A DNA stretch of 64,000 bases from Balanoglossus misakiensis (Eukaryota > Animalia > Hemichordata), in NCBI GenBank assembly GCA_040954595.2, contig CM082591.2:396518-460517 (forward strand), given 5' to 3'. Numbering within the stretch: position 1 is the first letter of the stretch; every line of letters begins with the position of its first letter. A program made the translations under genes and the position numbers. The notes below the pieces were generated by a model. That model did not search any database, had not been told where the DNA came from, and was given only the letters and a program-made list of their open reading frames with translations. This document shows positions 43,976 to 57,600 of the stretch, piece by piece.

Positions 43976-44582
43976 TTTTTCGTTCATTGGCAACGCGATA
44001 TCTGGTTACAGTAACCCTCAAAGATTACTGCACTGGTCAACTGTAGTTTATATGCATATGCTACGCTCTGTACTTGTTTGGGCGTCTTGTTACCATGACG
44101 CCAGCGTCTCTTTTACGGCAGGCTTGACAAACCTCTACTTGGGGACGACTAGCGAAATATTTTACACTTTTTATGGCACTTTTCAATACAATAGCATCTT
44201 AACTTCTTCATTTTATCTAAAATATGGTTTGAAATTCCAAAAATCTGCAAAAACGCCCCAATGGTGTGTTTGCGCCCAAATCGCGTACCACTTTACGTCA
44301 AGAAAAAAGAAATTAATCATGTCGACGTTGGGGGCGTATTCCAGCATGGCGGCCATGGAGAGAAATAACGCAACTTCGTCGTCCGCAGATACTTTAGCGA
44401 CATAAGCAGTTTCAAGAGAGATCTGGGTGAATATTTCCGTGGAAAAGGGGAAATAAGGACAGCGTTATTGAACTGGTCAACACAGATTTGTGCAATAACT
44501 CATGCGTATCTGAGGAGAACTGTTCTCCATCAAAGTGACAGGCGCAACGCAAGCCGGGTGTAGATTTCCTGGGGCATCAATC

Positions 44583-47500
44583 ATGGCCACGACTTCGAGT
44601 GAGGAAGTTCTGTTGGTAGTCAACAATGTTCGTCACAAGAAAAGAGACGGATCGCTTTATTTAATGGCGGAGAGGATAGGATGGATGGAAAGCAGCCGAG
44701 AAATGTTTTCAATCAGTCATCTGTACGCAGACATAAAAAGTGAGTTGCACTTCTCGAACCATGATTGAATGACTGACAGACTGTTGAAATTGACAATCCA
44801 CGGTACTTTACAAATTTACCGCATTTGTTGTCATACATTTTCAGTCCAAAAGATCAGTCCGGAAGGGAAGTCCAAAGTGCAGCTGCAGTTGATCTTACAT
44901 GATGGAAGTGCCAACACTTTCCACTTTGCACATCCTGATTCTCAGGCAAAAGCTTTGAAGGACAGAAATGATGTCAAAGAACTACTGCAACAACTGCTTC
45001 CAAAGTTTAAAAGTAAAGCAAATAAAGAACTGGAGGAAAAGAACAGGTGAGAGGTTCTTGATATTTCTGTGGGTGGGAGGGGAGGGGAATTGGTACAGAA
45101 AGATTACTTTAACTTGTTTAATGTTAGTACCTCTCTAGCCAACTGGTACAGAGTGTGTGTGTTCTCTATACTTTCATCATTTGCATATTTCATTTCAGAA
45201 TGTTGCATGATGATCCAGAATTGTTTCAACTCTACAAAGATCTTGTGATGAGTGGGGTCATATCAGCTGATGAATTCTGGTCCAATAGAACAGGGGTGAG
45301 TCTGGAATTATTTTATGTATAGAGTATAGTGCACACTGTAGCTTCATGATGAATCTTAGACATGTCAGAGTCAACATTACATCAAATCACTATCTATTTT
45401 ATTCCTATAGAATCATTCGACATCTCAGAAGACACAGCAAGACGTGGGAGTGTCTGCTGCATTCCTTGCTGACATCAAACCACAGACAGATGGCTGTAAT
45501 GGTTTGAAATACAACCTGACGGCTGATATCATTGAGTCAATATTCAGAACATATCCAGCAGGTCTGTGAATGTTTAGCATATATGTTGTAATGCAATTCA
45601 ACATGTAGTAGTTTGGAGTAAAGAATTAATATTCAAAATAAATCAAACAGGCTAGTTACAGCTTAAAACAAATCATACTTTTTGTTGAAGAAAATCTCCG
45701 TTTTTCAATTCTAGTGAAAAAGAAGCATGCTGAGAATGTTCCGGATCAGATATCGGAAAGTGAGTTCTGGACCCGGTTTTTCCAGTCGCACTACTTCCAT
45801 AGAGACAGAATCAATGCCGGCACAAAAGATCTCTTCACAGATTGTGCAAAGAGTGATGAAAAAGGTAAGAGACTCAACAATCTGCCAATGAGATGAAAGC
45901 AGACAAAAGTATGAACTGGAATGCAGCTGATGATCATTGTCTGACTCTGTTTAACTTTACAGAAATGAAGAAAACTTTAACCAAACAAATTAAGGATCCA
46001 CTCTTGGATTTAACAGGAATGGATGATAAATCTCTAGATGAAGTAAGTTATAAATATAAAGTATCATTACAAATGGCTTTAGATATGCATTAGCCTAACT
46101 CTTTGATTCTTCATATGATCTTTAGAGGTGAACTTGTCTGTTCCATAGCTGAATAAATGACAATGTATTTTGACCAATTTGTTGTAGGGCTATGGTGTTA
46201 ATATTGGGGACAATAAACCATCCACTAATATCAGCAACAGCAACCTCATCAAAAGATTCAATCTTCACAATACAAGAGTACTCGGCATCACACAGAAAAC
46301 TGGGTAAGTGCCCTTCCATCACTATGGTTTGGTCCAAATGCATTGTGTTCTATGCTAAAGTTGGATCTCAACAAAGGACAGTGGGGGTGAGAAGGATAAG
46401 TCTATTGTAACAGCTGCTTCTCTGTCATTTTTTGTTCTTGCAGTGCCAATTTACAAGTTAGCAATAGTGAACCCAAAACAAACACAAACAACACATGTAC
46501 CCCAACAAACCAAAACAACACTGCCAATAACATAGCAAACGGTGCAACCAGCAGCAAGACTGCTACTGACACTCAGGGAGAATCAACTCGGTCCAAGAGA
46601 AAAAGAATTCAGGAATCCATTGAGTATGAGGATCTGGTTTCCAAGAAAGTCCCGGAAAATGTTTTGCTCAATTTAGACAAGCCTGATCGTTATCACCATG
46701 GGCCCACACCAGTGCATGCCATGACCTATGCAACCAGTGAAGAGATGTTATCTGCAGTACATCGTGTGAAAGAAGACATGACAGAGGCACGATCAGTGTT
46801 GATACAGGCAAGTGGTCACCCTTTTTCTTGTTGTTTCTTTTAAAGCATAATCAATGATGAATCAGTCTGGTGCAGTGAAAGACAGTAAGACAAAAAGGCA
46901 TTTCAACAACGAAACGATTTCTACATTCTCATGACAAACTCACCAAATGTAAACTTGATATTTTCACAGGCAATTCATCCAAGCACAGCTGCGGGTGTGG
47001 TCAGTGAACTGTCACCAGGGGGAGCTCTAATGCATGCTCAATCACAACAGCCAGTCCACTGTAAGTGACAACATGGTAAACTTTACTTGACCTTGTGAAT
47101 ATTTCGACATGTTGTGAGTATCAACACTGGGTCTGTGACACTGAGAAGTTTGGCAAAAGTAGCAAATATTTTTGGTAATTGTTCATGAAATTCTTGCGCA
47201 GAGATTTGACACCAAATCAATGTTGTATTAAATCTTTCTTTTCTTTTCCTGTTTTACAGTATTGTACAGTCAGGAAATTCAGATGGAAATGAAAAATCTC
47301 TACAGTGCACTGTGTGAGCTTCTCAGACATTTCTGGAGTTGCTTTCCGGTTGCAACCAAGTTTCTGGAAGAGAAGGTTCTTCGCATGAAGAACAATTTGG
47401 AGCGTTTCCAGACGGCCAAGCTGCAACCCTTCAAAGAAAAACTTGCTTCACAGCATATGAATGTCAATGTGAGTATTTACCTTCTGCTGTTTTTCATGTT

Positions 47501-47637
47501 CATATTTCTGTTGCTTTACATGATAAAATCTTACTTTCTATTTTCATGTTTAGGTGGTTAGCCATATGGAAGAGTTACTAGAAACAGCCAATGGAAAGTT
47601 TACAACGTGGCAAGTCAAGAGAGGTGGTGTCAGATAG
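44583..47637 (+). CDS. GTF2H1: General transcription factor IIH subunit 1 (p62), 11 coding exons, 566 aa
   Basis: Exons 44583-44739, 44845-45046, 45199-45295, 45411-45561, 45715-45864, 45963-46042, 46188-46303, 46444-46807, 46970-47060, 47260-47468 and 47554-47637. Motifs [22 protein letters not shown]-domain [31 protein letters not shown] and [11 protein letters not shown]. Confidence 0.97.
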
Positions 47638-48395
47638 TACTTACTATGTCTATTGGACAGAAAAGATTATTTGTATGTTCATTTGAAAATCTGGTCTTTT
47701 TTCGTTACACATGGTCTTTATATAAGAAATGTTGCAAACAGTCTACGAAACACAGATGTGAGTCATGGTATAGATATTTCTTTTCTTGTTTAATTTTAAA
47801 ACTTTAAAGGCTCTAGCAGTTCAAGTCTGAACTGTCATCGGTGATCTTTTTTCACTTTTCTTAACATAAACTTACAAAGTTTTTTCAACCATAGAGATTG
47901 ATGAAGCATTTGTCTGTCGGAATTTGTGAAATCAAATATATTGCACCACCTATAGTATTCGTATTGTTGGATTTTTTTTTTCCACAAGAGCACTGAGAGA
48001 AGTCAGTGATTTGTGATGTTGTTGAATTAGAAAGTAAACTCAATCATGTTACATGCTTAATTTGTGTACAGTTTTTGTCTGTAGCTGTTTTTCTACTGTG
48101 TAAACCCAAGTTTTCGGTTGTTCAGTAGATGATTTTTGAAATAAAATATTCAATACGTTGTAAGTTGTTTGATATACTTGTACATTATTTCATTGAGCTA
48201 AATGGCAGAGAAGTATAATTAAGTTACTAACCAGAGAAATGGTGAATGTATCGGTGATTCACATACACGAAAAAGAAATTACAATACGATTCTTGAACGC
48301 CGGACTTGTTTTTTCAATCGATACACTTACTCCCGATCTCGTCCCCGGAAAAAAACATAGGCATTTTCCATTCTGTCGAATGGTGGCGCTATGTC

Positions 48396-48428
48396 GGGTC
48401 ACGAGTGGGTCACGAGTTGATGACGTCA
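48396..48428 (+). promoter_or_regulatory. Nuclear-receptor DR5 element plus CRE upstream of the CYP gene
   Basis: GGGTCA-CGAGT-GGGTCA (48396-48412) and TGACGTCA (48421-48428) in a CpG-rich patch, followed by a donor-like GTAAGT at ~48456. Confidence 0.4.
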
Positions 48429-49790
48429 AGCGTATCTTGTCAATTTCCAGGCGGTGTAAGTACGTAATGGGGTCAACGAAAGGCCAGTACACAAGTTTCA
48501 CGCTACTTAACACCAGAGCTGTAACGTTGACAACGAAGAACGAATACAAGTCGTGTAGTAATCGACACGAGGTAGGTACAAACACAGTTGTCAATATCAA
48601 TGTCATTATCACAACGCTCGACTTTTGTTTGCATGCATATACATTGTCTCGGAAGGCCTATCCTCATTGGGTTACAACATTCAGGCATCTGTTAAACACC
48701 TGTTCAAAGTGAATGAACGAGGAAACTGACCAATCAAAACCAACCTTAGCTTACGAGGCCGCTGAAAATCACAGCCCATTCTTAGCACTGATTATATTTA
48801 TTTCATATTTGTATCATCGACGTGCATGTTTGTATCGACGCATCCCATTTGCCAACTCCCGTATGTATATTTCCAAGTTGCCCAATGAACGATTAATGGG
48901 TCTGGTACGTGTGCCACGTGTGTCTGCAACAAATTTCCCCGGCATATATATTTGTTACGTGTAGACAGTACTTCTGTCTATGGTGTAGTCTTGCACCAGC
49001 GCGCATGTAGTGGCTGGGGTCTTCAAGTTGAAAAGAAATACTTCATCATTATATAATCGACTGGCTTTGATTGTGAGCATGCAATGGACAATGTCACACG
49101 TGCAATTTACCACCAGGAAAGATGAAATTAATACAAATGTACTTCAAATAAAAGTTCAAGCCACGCCCACAACGTACTGCGCCTGGCCTGGTCTAACCAC
49201 ACAGGACCACACTGTATTAAGACTTGGCACATCACTACGTCCATGGATGTACTCAAAGAAACAAACAAACAAACATAAACAAACACACAAATAAATAAAT
49301 AAACTATATAACATACCTTGTTTGATTGTGGTAATTTCCCTGTTTTCTTTTAATTATATACTGAAAGTAATTTGAAAGGTTATTGCATTAACTTCTGTGA
49401 TTAATAAACAAAATGAAGTTAGAATATGTATCACATGTAATGCAGATGTAGGGTATTTGACTCTGACTCTAGACCCATGGACTTTGAGCATCATAATCAT
49501 TGGACTTTTGCGATCAGTGATTTAGATTGTACTAATCAGGTGAAGGGATTAGCAAAAATTCTTAGATTTGGAACCAGGTCACCGATTGAGGTCACTGAAG
49601 TCTTTTGAAATGTTTTATATTGAGTTCTGTAAACTTTTTTTCACTATCATGTCGCGTTACTACTTAGTTTGATTTTTCAACCCAAGCTGAACATTTCTAG
49701 CGATCACAGGAGTGATTGTCACTTTGTTTGATATATTGCAGGTAATGACAGATACTGTCACTGGTACAATACAGACATCCAGACATTACC

Positions 49791-52700
49791 ATGGCGATGT
49801 CAGAGTTGATTTCTGACCTCAGTTTGGCTTCAATACCTGTCACAGGGCTTTTGCTGGCCGTTGCATTTGTTCTCCTTCTCTGGTAAGTGTCTATGTCTCA
49901 ATGGTCACTCTTGTCCAAATTGGCCAGATGACCTCTATGCAGGTGCACACCATAGGGAATGGTCAGTATTAACATATTTGGAGCTGGCTGTGAAGTTTCA
50001 TCGCTACATGCCAGCATCATTATGTCAAGTGTCTGTTCAGACCACTAGACCTCAACTTCTTTCCAAATGTCTTTGTTCTCCAGGCTGTCAATGTCGCCAT
50101 TTTCCAAACTATCTCATACCAAACTACCAGGACCAAAACCATGGCCTTTTGTGGGGAATTTCTTCGACTTGCATGGTGGAGACCAATATCCTATTAATAT
50201 AACAAACATGATCAAGAAATATGGTGAACTTTTTTGGTAAGTTTGATGCCTCTGAAAGAAAAGAGTTTGTTATTTCTCAGTTGTTATTGATTAATAAGGT
50301 TTCTGATTCTTTACTTGCTTTGGTCAGGCTGACATGAAAGAGCCATCTTCAAACTTACATTGGTTGTTGCTTGGAAAAACCCCATCACTTTTGAGAGCCA
50401 TGATATCAAATGTTTCATTTCATTGTTGTAGTTATTATGACGGCAGAAAACCTACCATATTAATAGCAGACCCTGAGATGCTGAAACAGATCCTTGTCAA
50501 AGAATTCAACAAATTTCAAGACAGACATGTGAGTACAATGTCATTTTCACAAAATTTACAGACAGTAGTATTCATTTGTAGGTTCTTCTGAGACAGTGAG
50601 CTCTTGATCGGCTAACTTCAGACCACATAGGAGAAGCCTTTGTAAAACCTGAAATGAGTTTGAGAAAAGTTATGTCACAAATTGATCCCACACTATCACT
50701 GAATCGAAAGCTGTATATGACTCGAGTGCTGATTGGATGACAAAGCGTTAGTTAATGCACGCTAAATGTTATCCAATGGTGCGATGTCTATTAGTACAGC
50801 AGGTAACATTCTGTTGTTCGTGTCTTGTAGCATGCAATGGGATCTCCGAAGCGAACAAATCCAATCTTTGGACAAAGTGTGCTGTTTTTGGAAGGTAGAC
50901 GTTGGAAGGAAGTACGGGCAGTTCTCACACCCACTTTCAGTGCAGCCAAAATGAAAGAGGTAAGGATTCGGGTAAACCTGAGAAAGAAGGGTGTGGGCAA
51001 GTTGCTTTGTAGTGGGGGGGGGGGGGGGGGTAGTCCCTCATGTTCGATGTAGCATTCTTGTAATGCAGGGAAAATGTTGAGTTTGTTTATTCTGGTTATG
51101 GTACTCTTCTGTGCTTCATTGTCAATTTTTTTTTTCATTTCCAGATGGCTCCAATAATTAATACGGCCACATTTCAACTTCTTGGCACCTTAGAATCTCA
51201 CAGAATTCAAGGAGATTCATTTAATTTGTGGAAGTAAGTGGGGAGTATTTGTTTTCGTTTTGATGACACATTGTACATTGGAGTTTGTACAGGTATGTCC
51301 TGAGAAATGGACTAGTTTTGTATAAGGGTATTACATACCCCCTAGCCTTGTTTAGGCGCTTGATGTTTTAACTTGTATATCTCACTTAATTTTTTACAGG
51401 GTATTTGGAAATTACACATTGGATGTGATTGCAGCAGTCGCATTTGGAATTGATATCGATGCACAGTCTGAGCTGAATAATAATTTTATCAGAAATTCTA
51501 CCAAGATTGTTGGTTCATTCGTTCTCAAAAGCCTGAGATACTTTGTCACATGTGAGTACATCTACATGTATGCAAGTTTTGAGATGTGAAAAAGTACAGT
51601 TTTCTTTGTGCAGTTTACTTTGGCAAGTAAACTAAGCCTAAAAATCCACTAATGAAGTGACAATCTATACATTGTTAATTCTAACAAATACTTCTTGTGT
51701 TCCACTAGGTGTGTTTCCTGTCCTGATACCAGCAGCAGCAGCTGTTGTCATGAAACAGAGAAAACCTCTGTTTCAGTTCTTTGATGATGTGATTGAAGAG
51801 CTTTTAAACTCTCGAGAAAATGAAGGAACTGTAAGTGTTGAGTAACTAATCACTCTGAGCTAAGAAGGCACATATAAAAATGATAGACTTTCACAAAGTA
51901 ATTATCAGAATGTTTTTATATTGCTATGCCACCATTTCTCATGTATACCTGGGTATATCTTCAGTAATATTGGGATTTGTGGTAAAATTCTTTCTTTATG
52001 CTTTCCTGTACTGAAAAAAAGGATACAAATGGGGAAAACATTTCGTCAAGCAAAGATTGTTGAACTTTTTTTCAGAAAAGAAGAGATTTTTGTCAACTTC
52101 TAATAGAGGCAGCTGAAGAAGCAGCAGTTGGACGTAATGTGTCAAATGGATCAACTTCAAAATCAACTGGAAAGACAAAACTTACAAGAACGGAAATGAA
52201 GGCACAGATATTGGTGTTCTTACTTGCAGGTATGGTGTCATGCATTGTGTTAATTGTGGCACATTATTAAGGCCTTGGGTATAGATGTTTAGCAAAATGA
52301 TAGTTCTCCAAACCTTTCAATTGTTTATATATATTATATTAAACCACTAATTATAAAAGTTAAAAAACTATTAGTGATGTTCCTGAGAGCAGCATTTAGT
52401 CCTCAGTCTGAAATCTGATTTACATTTTAATTTTTTTCAATGACAGCTTTTGATACAACTACCAACACATTAGCATACTGCTGTTATCTCTTGGCAAGAC
52501 ATCCGGATATCCAGGAGAAGTTGATCCAAGAGGTTGAGGAAACTTTCGAAGGAAAGGTATGCATGGACTTGCATGGTCATGATGATATTGTAAAAGGTTT
52601 CTTTCTTGACAAAGAACACCTGTTGAAAGCAGATGTTCAGCATAATCATTTAACTATTTCACAACTTTTGTACTCTTTCTGTTTCAGACTGATCTTGACT

Positions 52701-53820
52701 ACAATGCTGTTCAAAGTTTGCCATATATGGAAATGGTTTTATCAGAAACACAGCGACTATACCCAGCAGCATATAAGTATGTTATAGCTCCATTACTTTT
52801 AGCTTTTACTGCAAAAGCCTGGTGGTGCTCGAGTGCAGTGATGATGGCAGTTACTATTTGAATTTACCTAATGTTTTCTACATTTGATTCTTATGTCAAT
52901 ATGTCAAGCCTCATCTGTGTTGCGATATTCACCTTCTGTCAAACTGAAGATCACGTTAATGAGATGGAAATGGCTTTTCATGGTAATACATGTAATACTT
53001 TCATTTTGGGAAAGATACCACTGATGTTTTTCTCCCCTACATACTGTAGAGTCAACCGCAAGTGCTTGGAGTCCTGTACAATAAATGGAGTTCACTTTCC
53101 TGAAGGAATTCAAGTCGATATACCAATTTATGGCATCCACCACAACCCAAAATATTGGCCAGATCCGGAGAAATTTGATCCAGAAAGGTAAGAGACTAAG
53201 ACTTTATGGTTGAGACAATTTTTTTATCATTAGATGACATGGTTTTGAAGTAAAAAATAGTTTATTGATATCAAAGATTATAATGATATTGTTTTATCAA
53301 TTCTTCCACATTTTCCCAGATTTTCACCTGAAGCCAAGGCAGAAAGGAACCAATACAACTTTCTTCCATTCAGCCACGGACCACGGAATTGCATTGGAAT
53401 GAGATTTGCCCAGTTGGAGATGAAGATAGCCCTATCAAGGGTTCTTCAGAAATTTAAGTTTACAACTTGTCCAGAAACAGAAGTAAGTAAAAATTAAGTG
53501 ACGCAGTTACTTGCATAGTCACACATTACTGCGGCAATATGATAAAACTCTGAATGTTATATCTAATATCTTCTGTTTGTGGCAGAAATCAATTATCTCT
53601 CAGCTAATGGTATTTTAAACGCAAACGTCAGTTTTGTGAAAAGTAGCTCAATACTTTATGTACTTAAAAACTTGGATTAAAACAATTTACATCTCTATCA
53701 ATCCATTATTATTCTTCCTTTCAGATTCCATTGAAGTTAGAAGCAGGAGTGACATTGACTCCAATCAATGGAATTCATTTGAAGGTCATCAGCAAAGATG
53801 AACAATTACCAGCAAGGTAG
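49791..53820 (+). CDS. Cytochrome P450, CYP3 clan (CYP3A-like), 13 exons, 527 aa
   Basis: Exons 49791-49882, 50084-50236, 50432-50528, 50831-50959, 51145-51233, 51400-51551, 51709-51830, 52076-52229, 52447-52556, 52688-52776, 53050-53187, 53320-53482 and 53725-53820. N-terminal membrane anchor, [42 protein letters not shown], ExxR (ETQR), PEKFDPERF and heme motif [10 protein letters not shown]. Confidence 0.96.
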
Positions 53821-53833
53821 AACTGTTCCCAAT

Positions 53834-53928
53834 GTAACCCTTTCACCACCATGGTTCAGTCCAAACCCATTGTTTCCTATGGTAAAGTTGGACCTCTCTG
53901 AAGAGGGAACTAGGGGTGAAGGGGTTTA
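53834..53928 (+). mobile_element. ~87-bp MITE, piggyBac-like ends (copy 2, just after the CYP stop codon)
   Basis: GTAA-CCCTTTCACC...GGTGAAGGGG-TTTA, with terminal inverted repeats and degenerate TTAA flanks. Homologous to 32844-32936. Confidence 0.7.
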
Positions 53929-54637
53929 GTGCAATCCTTTTGAGAAAAAAGTGACATAGAGTTGTTCTTAGTTGCAATGTATAGTTTTTGAGATAACAGT
54001 GACTTTAAGTCATGTGGTTATGGATCACTCAAAAGTTGCTCTTGCCTGAACATGTGGTCTGTGATTTCTTACAGGGCTGCATTTTTTAAAATGCTCCCAT
54101 GAACTAAATGATCTTTAGAAATTTTATACACAGAAAGCTCTGTGTGAATGTAACTTTAACTATTAGAATTTGTTTCTGTACTATTGGACACTTTTGAAAA
54201 TTATAGTGTGACATTAAAAACTTAGAGGATCATCGGATATGTAATAAGTATCTCATTGTTATGCAAGTTACCTATGCAAATGTCCATCACATTTTGATGT
54301 ACTATGATTAACATATTATGATTTGATTTGATTTAGTTTGATTTGTATCCAGGGAGTACTGTACCTTAGTTATTACAAAATGACACACTTCTGTACAATC
54401 AATGTGTGCCACAGCTAATGCCAGGGAGGGCAGGGAGAGTTGACTCTTTTCAAGTTTAACTCATCTGACATCGTACACATAATTTTCTTTTACTTTAATA
54501 AATGCTTGACAATGAAAACCAAACAGCTTCATGTCTTGATTTTTACATTCTGTTAGATATTGAATATTGGCTTGTAGTCCCCTTGAATAATCAGTACAAG
54601 TATTCAGTTTCATTTTGTTCACATGCGTATATTTATT

Positions 54638-57600
54638 TCACATTGTGTCAGATATCTTCTCACTGATAAAGCCAACATTGTCTGTCCCTTGGACATCAAG
54701 TTTTCCCTTATCACTCTCTACCATTTTCTTTTTCTTTGTTTTTTTCTTTCCCTTTGCTATTTCCTCTGCTTCTTCTATAGTTCTTGGCATCGGTTGGTCT
54801 TTTGTCTCGGGGAGTATCAAGATGATAGCACCTGCCACTAGAGACAAGACGCCAAAAGTGACCAGTATTGCATCGAGATTGTTGTAAGCCTATTGAAAGG
54901 TTATGAGAAAACAACACATGAATTAAATTGGCAACTGGCAACAAAACTCACAGTTCAACAGATTTCAAATCCATGATTCTTATAGTGTCAACTCCAAATC
55001 AAAGATTTAAAATCTCCAAGCAGGGGTAGAGTAGGTTGTTGCCATATAAACATCACTTTGGTTGGGTGTGACTTCATGCAACAAGTCGTCCTTCAACTAA
55101 GAATACCACACAAAAGTATCATGTTTAAATTCGCACTTACTACAAATACAGTAAAGGGCGCAACCACACCACCAAAACTGGCAAAGAAATTGGTCAGTCC
55201 AAAACCCAGATTTCTGGAAAATGAACAGCACGCTTCTTTGTTAGTGACATGATGATATCTACTGTCATCCACAATTTAAAAAATGTTTAACATATTTAGA
55301 TTTTACTGGTGCCATTTTTTATTCATAGTTTTGAAAGTGTTAAACCTTTTATCAACAAAACCCTGTCAGTGAGTAAAATTGTTTTATAGTGTATTCTAAC
55401 TACAACATCAACCTAGTGACGTTTCAATTAGTTTTTACCTTATAAGAAATTAGTTTTTACCTTATAAGAGTCGGAAACAATTCTGGTGCCCACGACCAGA
55501 AGCAGCTGAATGCCCCTGTGATGGCGCACTTGCCAAGCAGATACACCGTAAGTTGAAGGGGAACTAAATTTGTACCATCAGCTGTGGAGAAACAGAAATA
55601 CACTGTTTGCATGGCAGGGGCTAAAATGTGGAAACAGTCCAATCCAATTATAATCAACCTTTACTTGATCTTGGCTGTAAGTTTATGTGTGAGACATACG
55701 GAAAACAACATGTGGCCTTTCATGCTGGAATAAGACAGAACATCACCATTTTGAAAAAAAAGTGTTCCAGAATCCGAACGTTATTGAATGCTTACACGTC
55801 TCTTCCGGGATGAAGACTGTGGCTCCACAAAAGAGACCAGCAAGAACCAACAAAACACACGTAGGAATTCGTCTGCCGAATCTGAAATATGCCAGCAATT
55901 AATCAAATGTTTATCTTTATCCATATTCATTTCTAAACAACACTGACACTTGGAAAACTATTTTTGTAATAGGCAATGTCAGCACAGCCTGTGTATGCAA
56001 TAACCAAAACCAATATCAAAATTTTGTTAAACTAACGTGAAACCAATTGAATTAAGTTGTCTACAACTTCAACGCAATAAGGAGGCATTGTTGTAAGTTG
56101 AACACTCGGTCCAATTGCTTTTAGCATTATGAAAAGAATTATTGTATATGCAGAACTAGAATACTTTTTCTTAAAATAAATACTGTCAGGTTTGCAGCAG
56201 TTTGTAATGGAATGGGAACTCACTTGACAGTGGCAAACAAAGCAACAGCTTGGCCCGGTATTTCCACCATTCCATTGAAGAAAAACGGCAAATATATTCC
56301 ACCCCCAATGTTGGCAGAATTGAAGGAAATGCCGAAGTAGACCAAGCTTGTAACAAACCTTGGGTGTACAGAAAGAAATAAATTCAAGCAGAGACAAGAT
56401 ATTACATGAACATAAATCATATCGACGTCAGCAAACCCTTTTACTAATTGCTGGCTCTGGCAGTTCGATGAGTATTATTGCGAATATTATTTTCCATTGC
56501 ATATCATGCTTTGTGTTATATTAGAGATGATACACTCGTATTTAAAGTTTTAATTTGGCATCATGTATGCATTGTTCTATATCTTCTTTCCTCCCCAAAG
56601 CAAGAAGGTTCAGTTGGAGTATAAGACAACCGAAAACCAAGCATGAGACAAAATACTCACCACCCTAAACACATGACAGAGGTGTTCACTGCCAATCTTG
56701 GTCTCTTAAAAAGATCAAGTAGATTATATTTGGGGTCGTCATCAGTGACCTCATCCACAACTTTTACATTTACATCAGCTTTAGCACTGAAAGATGGCTC
56801 AGTTTCATCCTCCTCGTTCACTTTTGACGGCGGAGGACTTTCTTCTTCACTGGAATCACTGTTGACATTGTTGCTATTTACATCATTTGCAACGTCGTTC
56901 TGTTCCAGACGAATTTCTTGGCCTGGTATCTTTGGGCCATTGAGCTCATCTTTATACTGACTGTCAACACTGTCTTTGTGAGTTGTGCACTCTGGTAATT
57001 TAAAATACAAGGGAGTCATTTCAGTCTTAATGATGATTAAGGTGTGCATGAGTAGTTGACAATATCAAGATGGCAAAATTCTTCTTTATAAAATAGACAA
57101 GTTTAAAAGCTAAACTCAAATTTTCGGATATTCCTGAATTTTACATCATCCGAAAATTTAAATCAGTTGTACATGTACTCATTATATGAAAGTTTCTTAT
57201 TGCATTAAGTCTGGTATGACATCATACCTGCCATTGTGACGTCATTGTCCAATACATGTTCTGGTAACTGTTTTCCATTGAATCTTGCGGCTCTGTACAA
57301 TATCTTCTCAGCTTGTTCTTTGCGGCCAACAGAAATCAACCACCGCATGGACTCAGGTATCACCCTGTTGGCAGAAATGTAGAGAGGTATCAATACTGGC
57401 ACTAAGAACGATGAAAAAATAAAAGTAAAATCATCAAAACTGACATTCCCCTTATACTTACCAGAAATAGTAGAATGTAAGTAGTCCAGGAGCGTGTATG
57501 AGAAGTTGAAGATATCTCCAATTCCTGACCAGATAAGCCATGGGTGCCAATAACATTATACCACAACCCCAACACATGGTGTTCAGAAAACCGGCATAAA

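Noticed and set aside
45340-46900. Intronic ATGATGA box-C-like motifs (~45346, ~46854) as possible snoRNAs
   Set aside because: No suitably placed box D (CTGA) or terminal stem.
51014-51030. Poly-G runs here and at 28289-28300
   Set aside because: Simple homopolymers of uncertain length with no supporting context.
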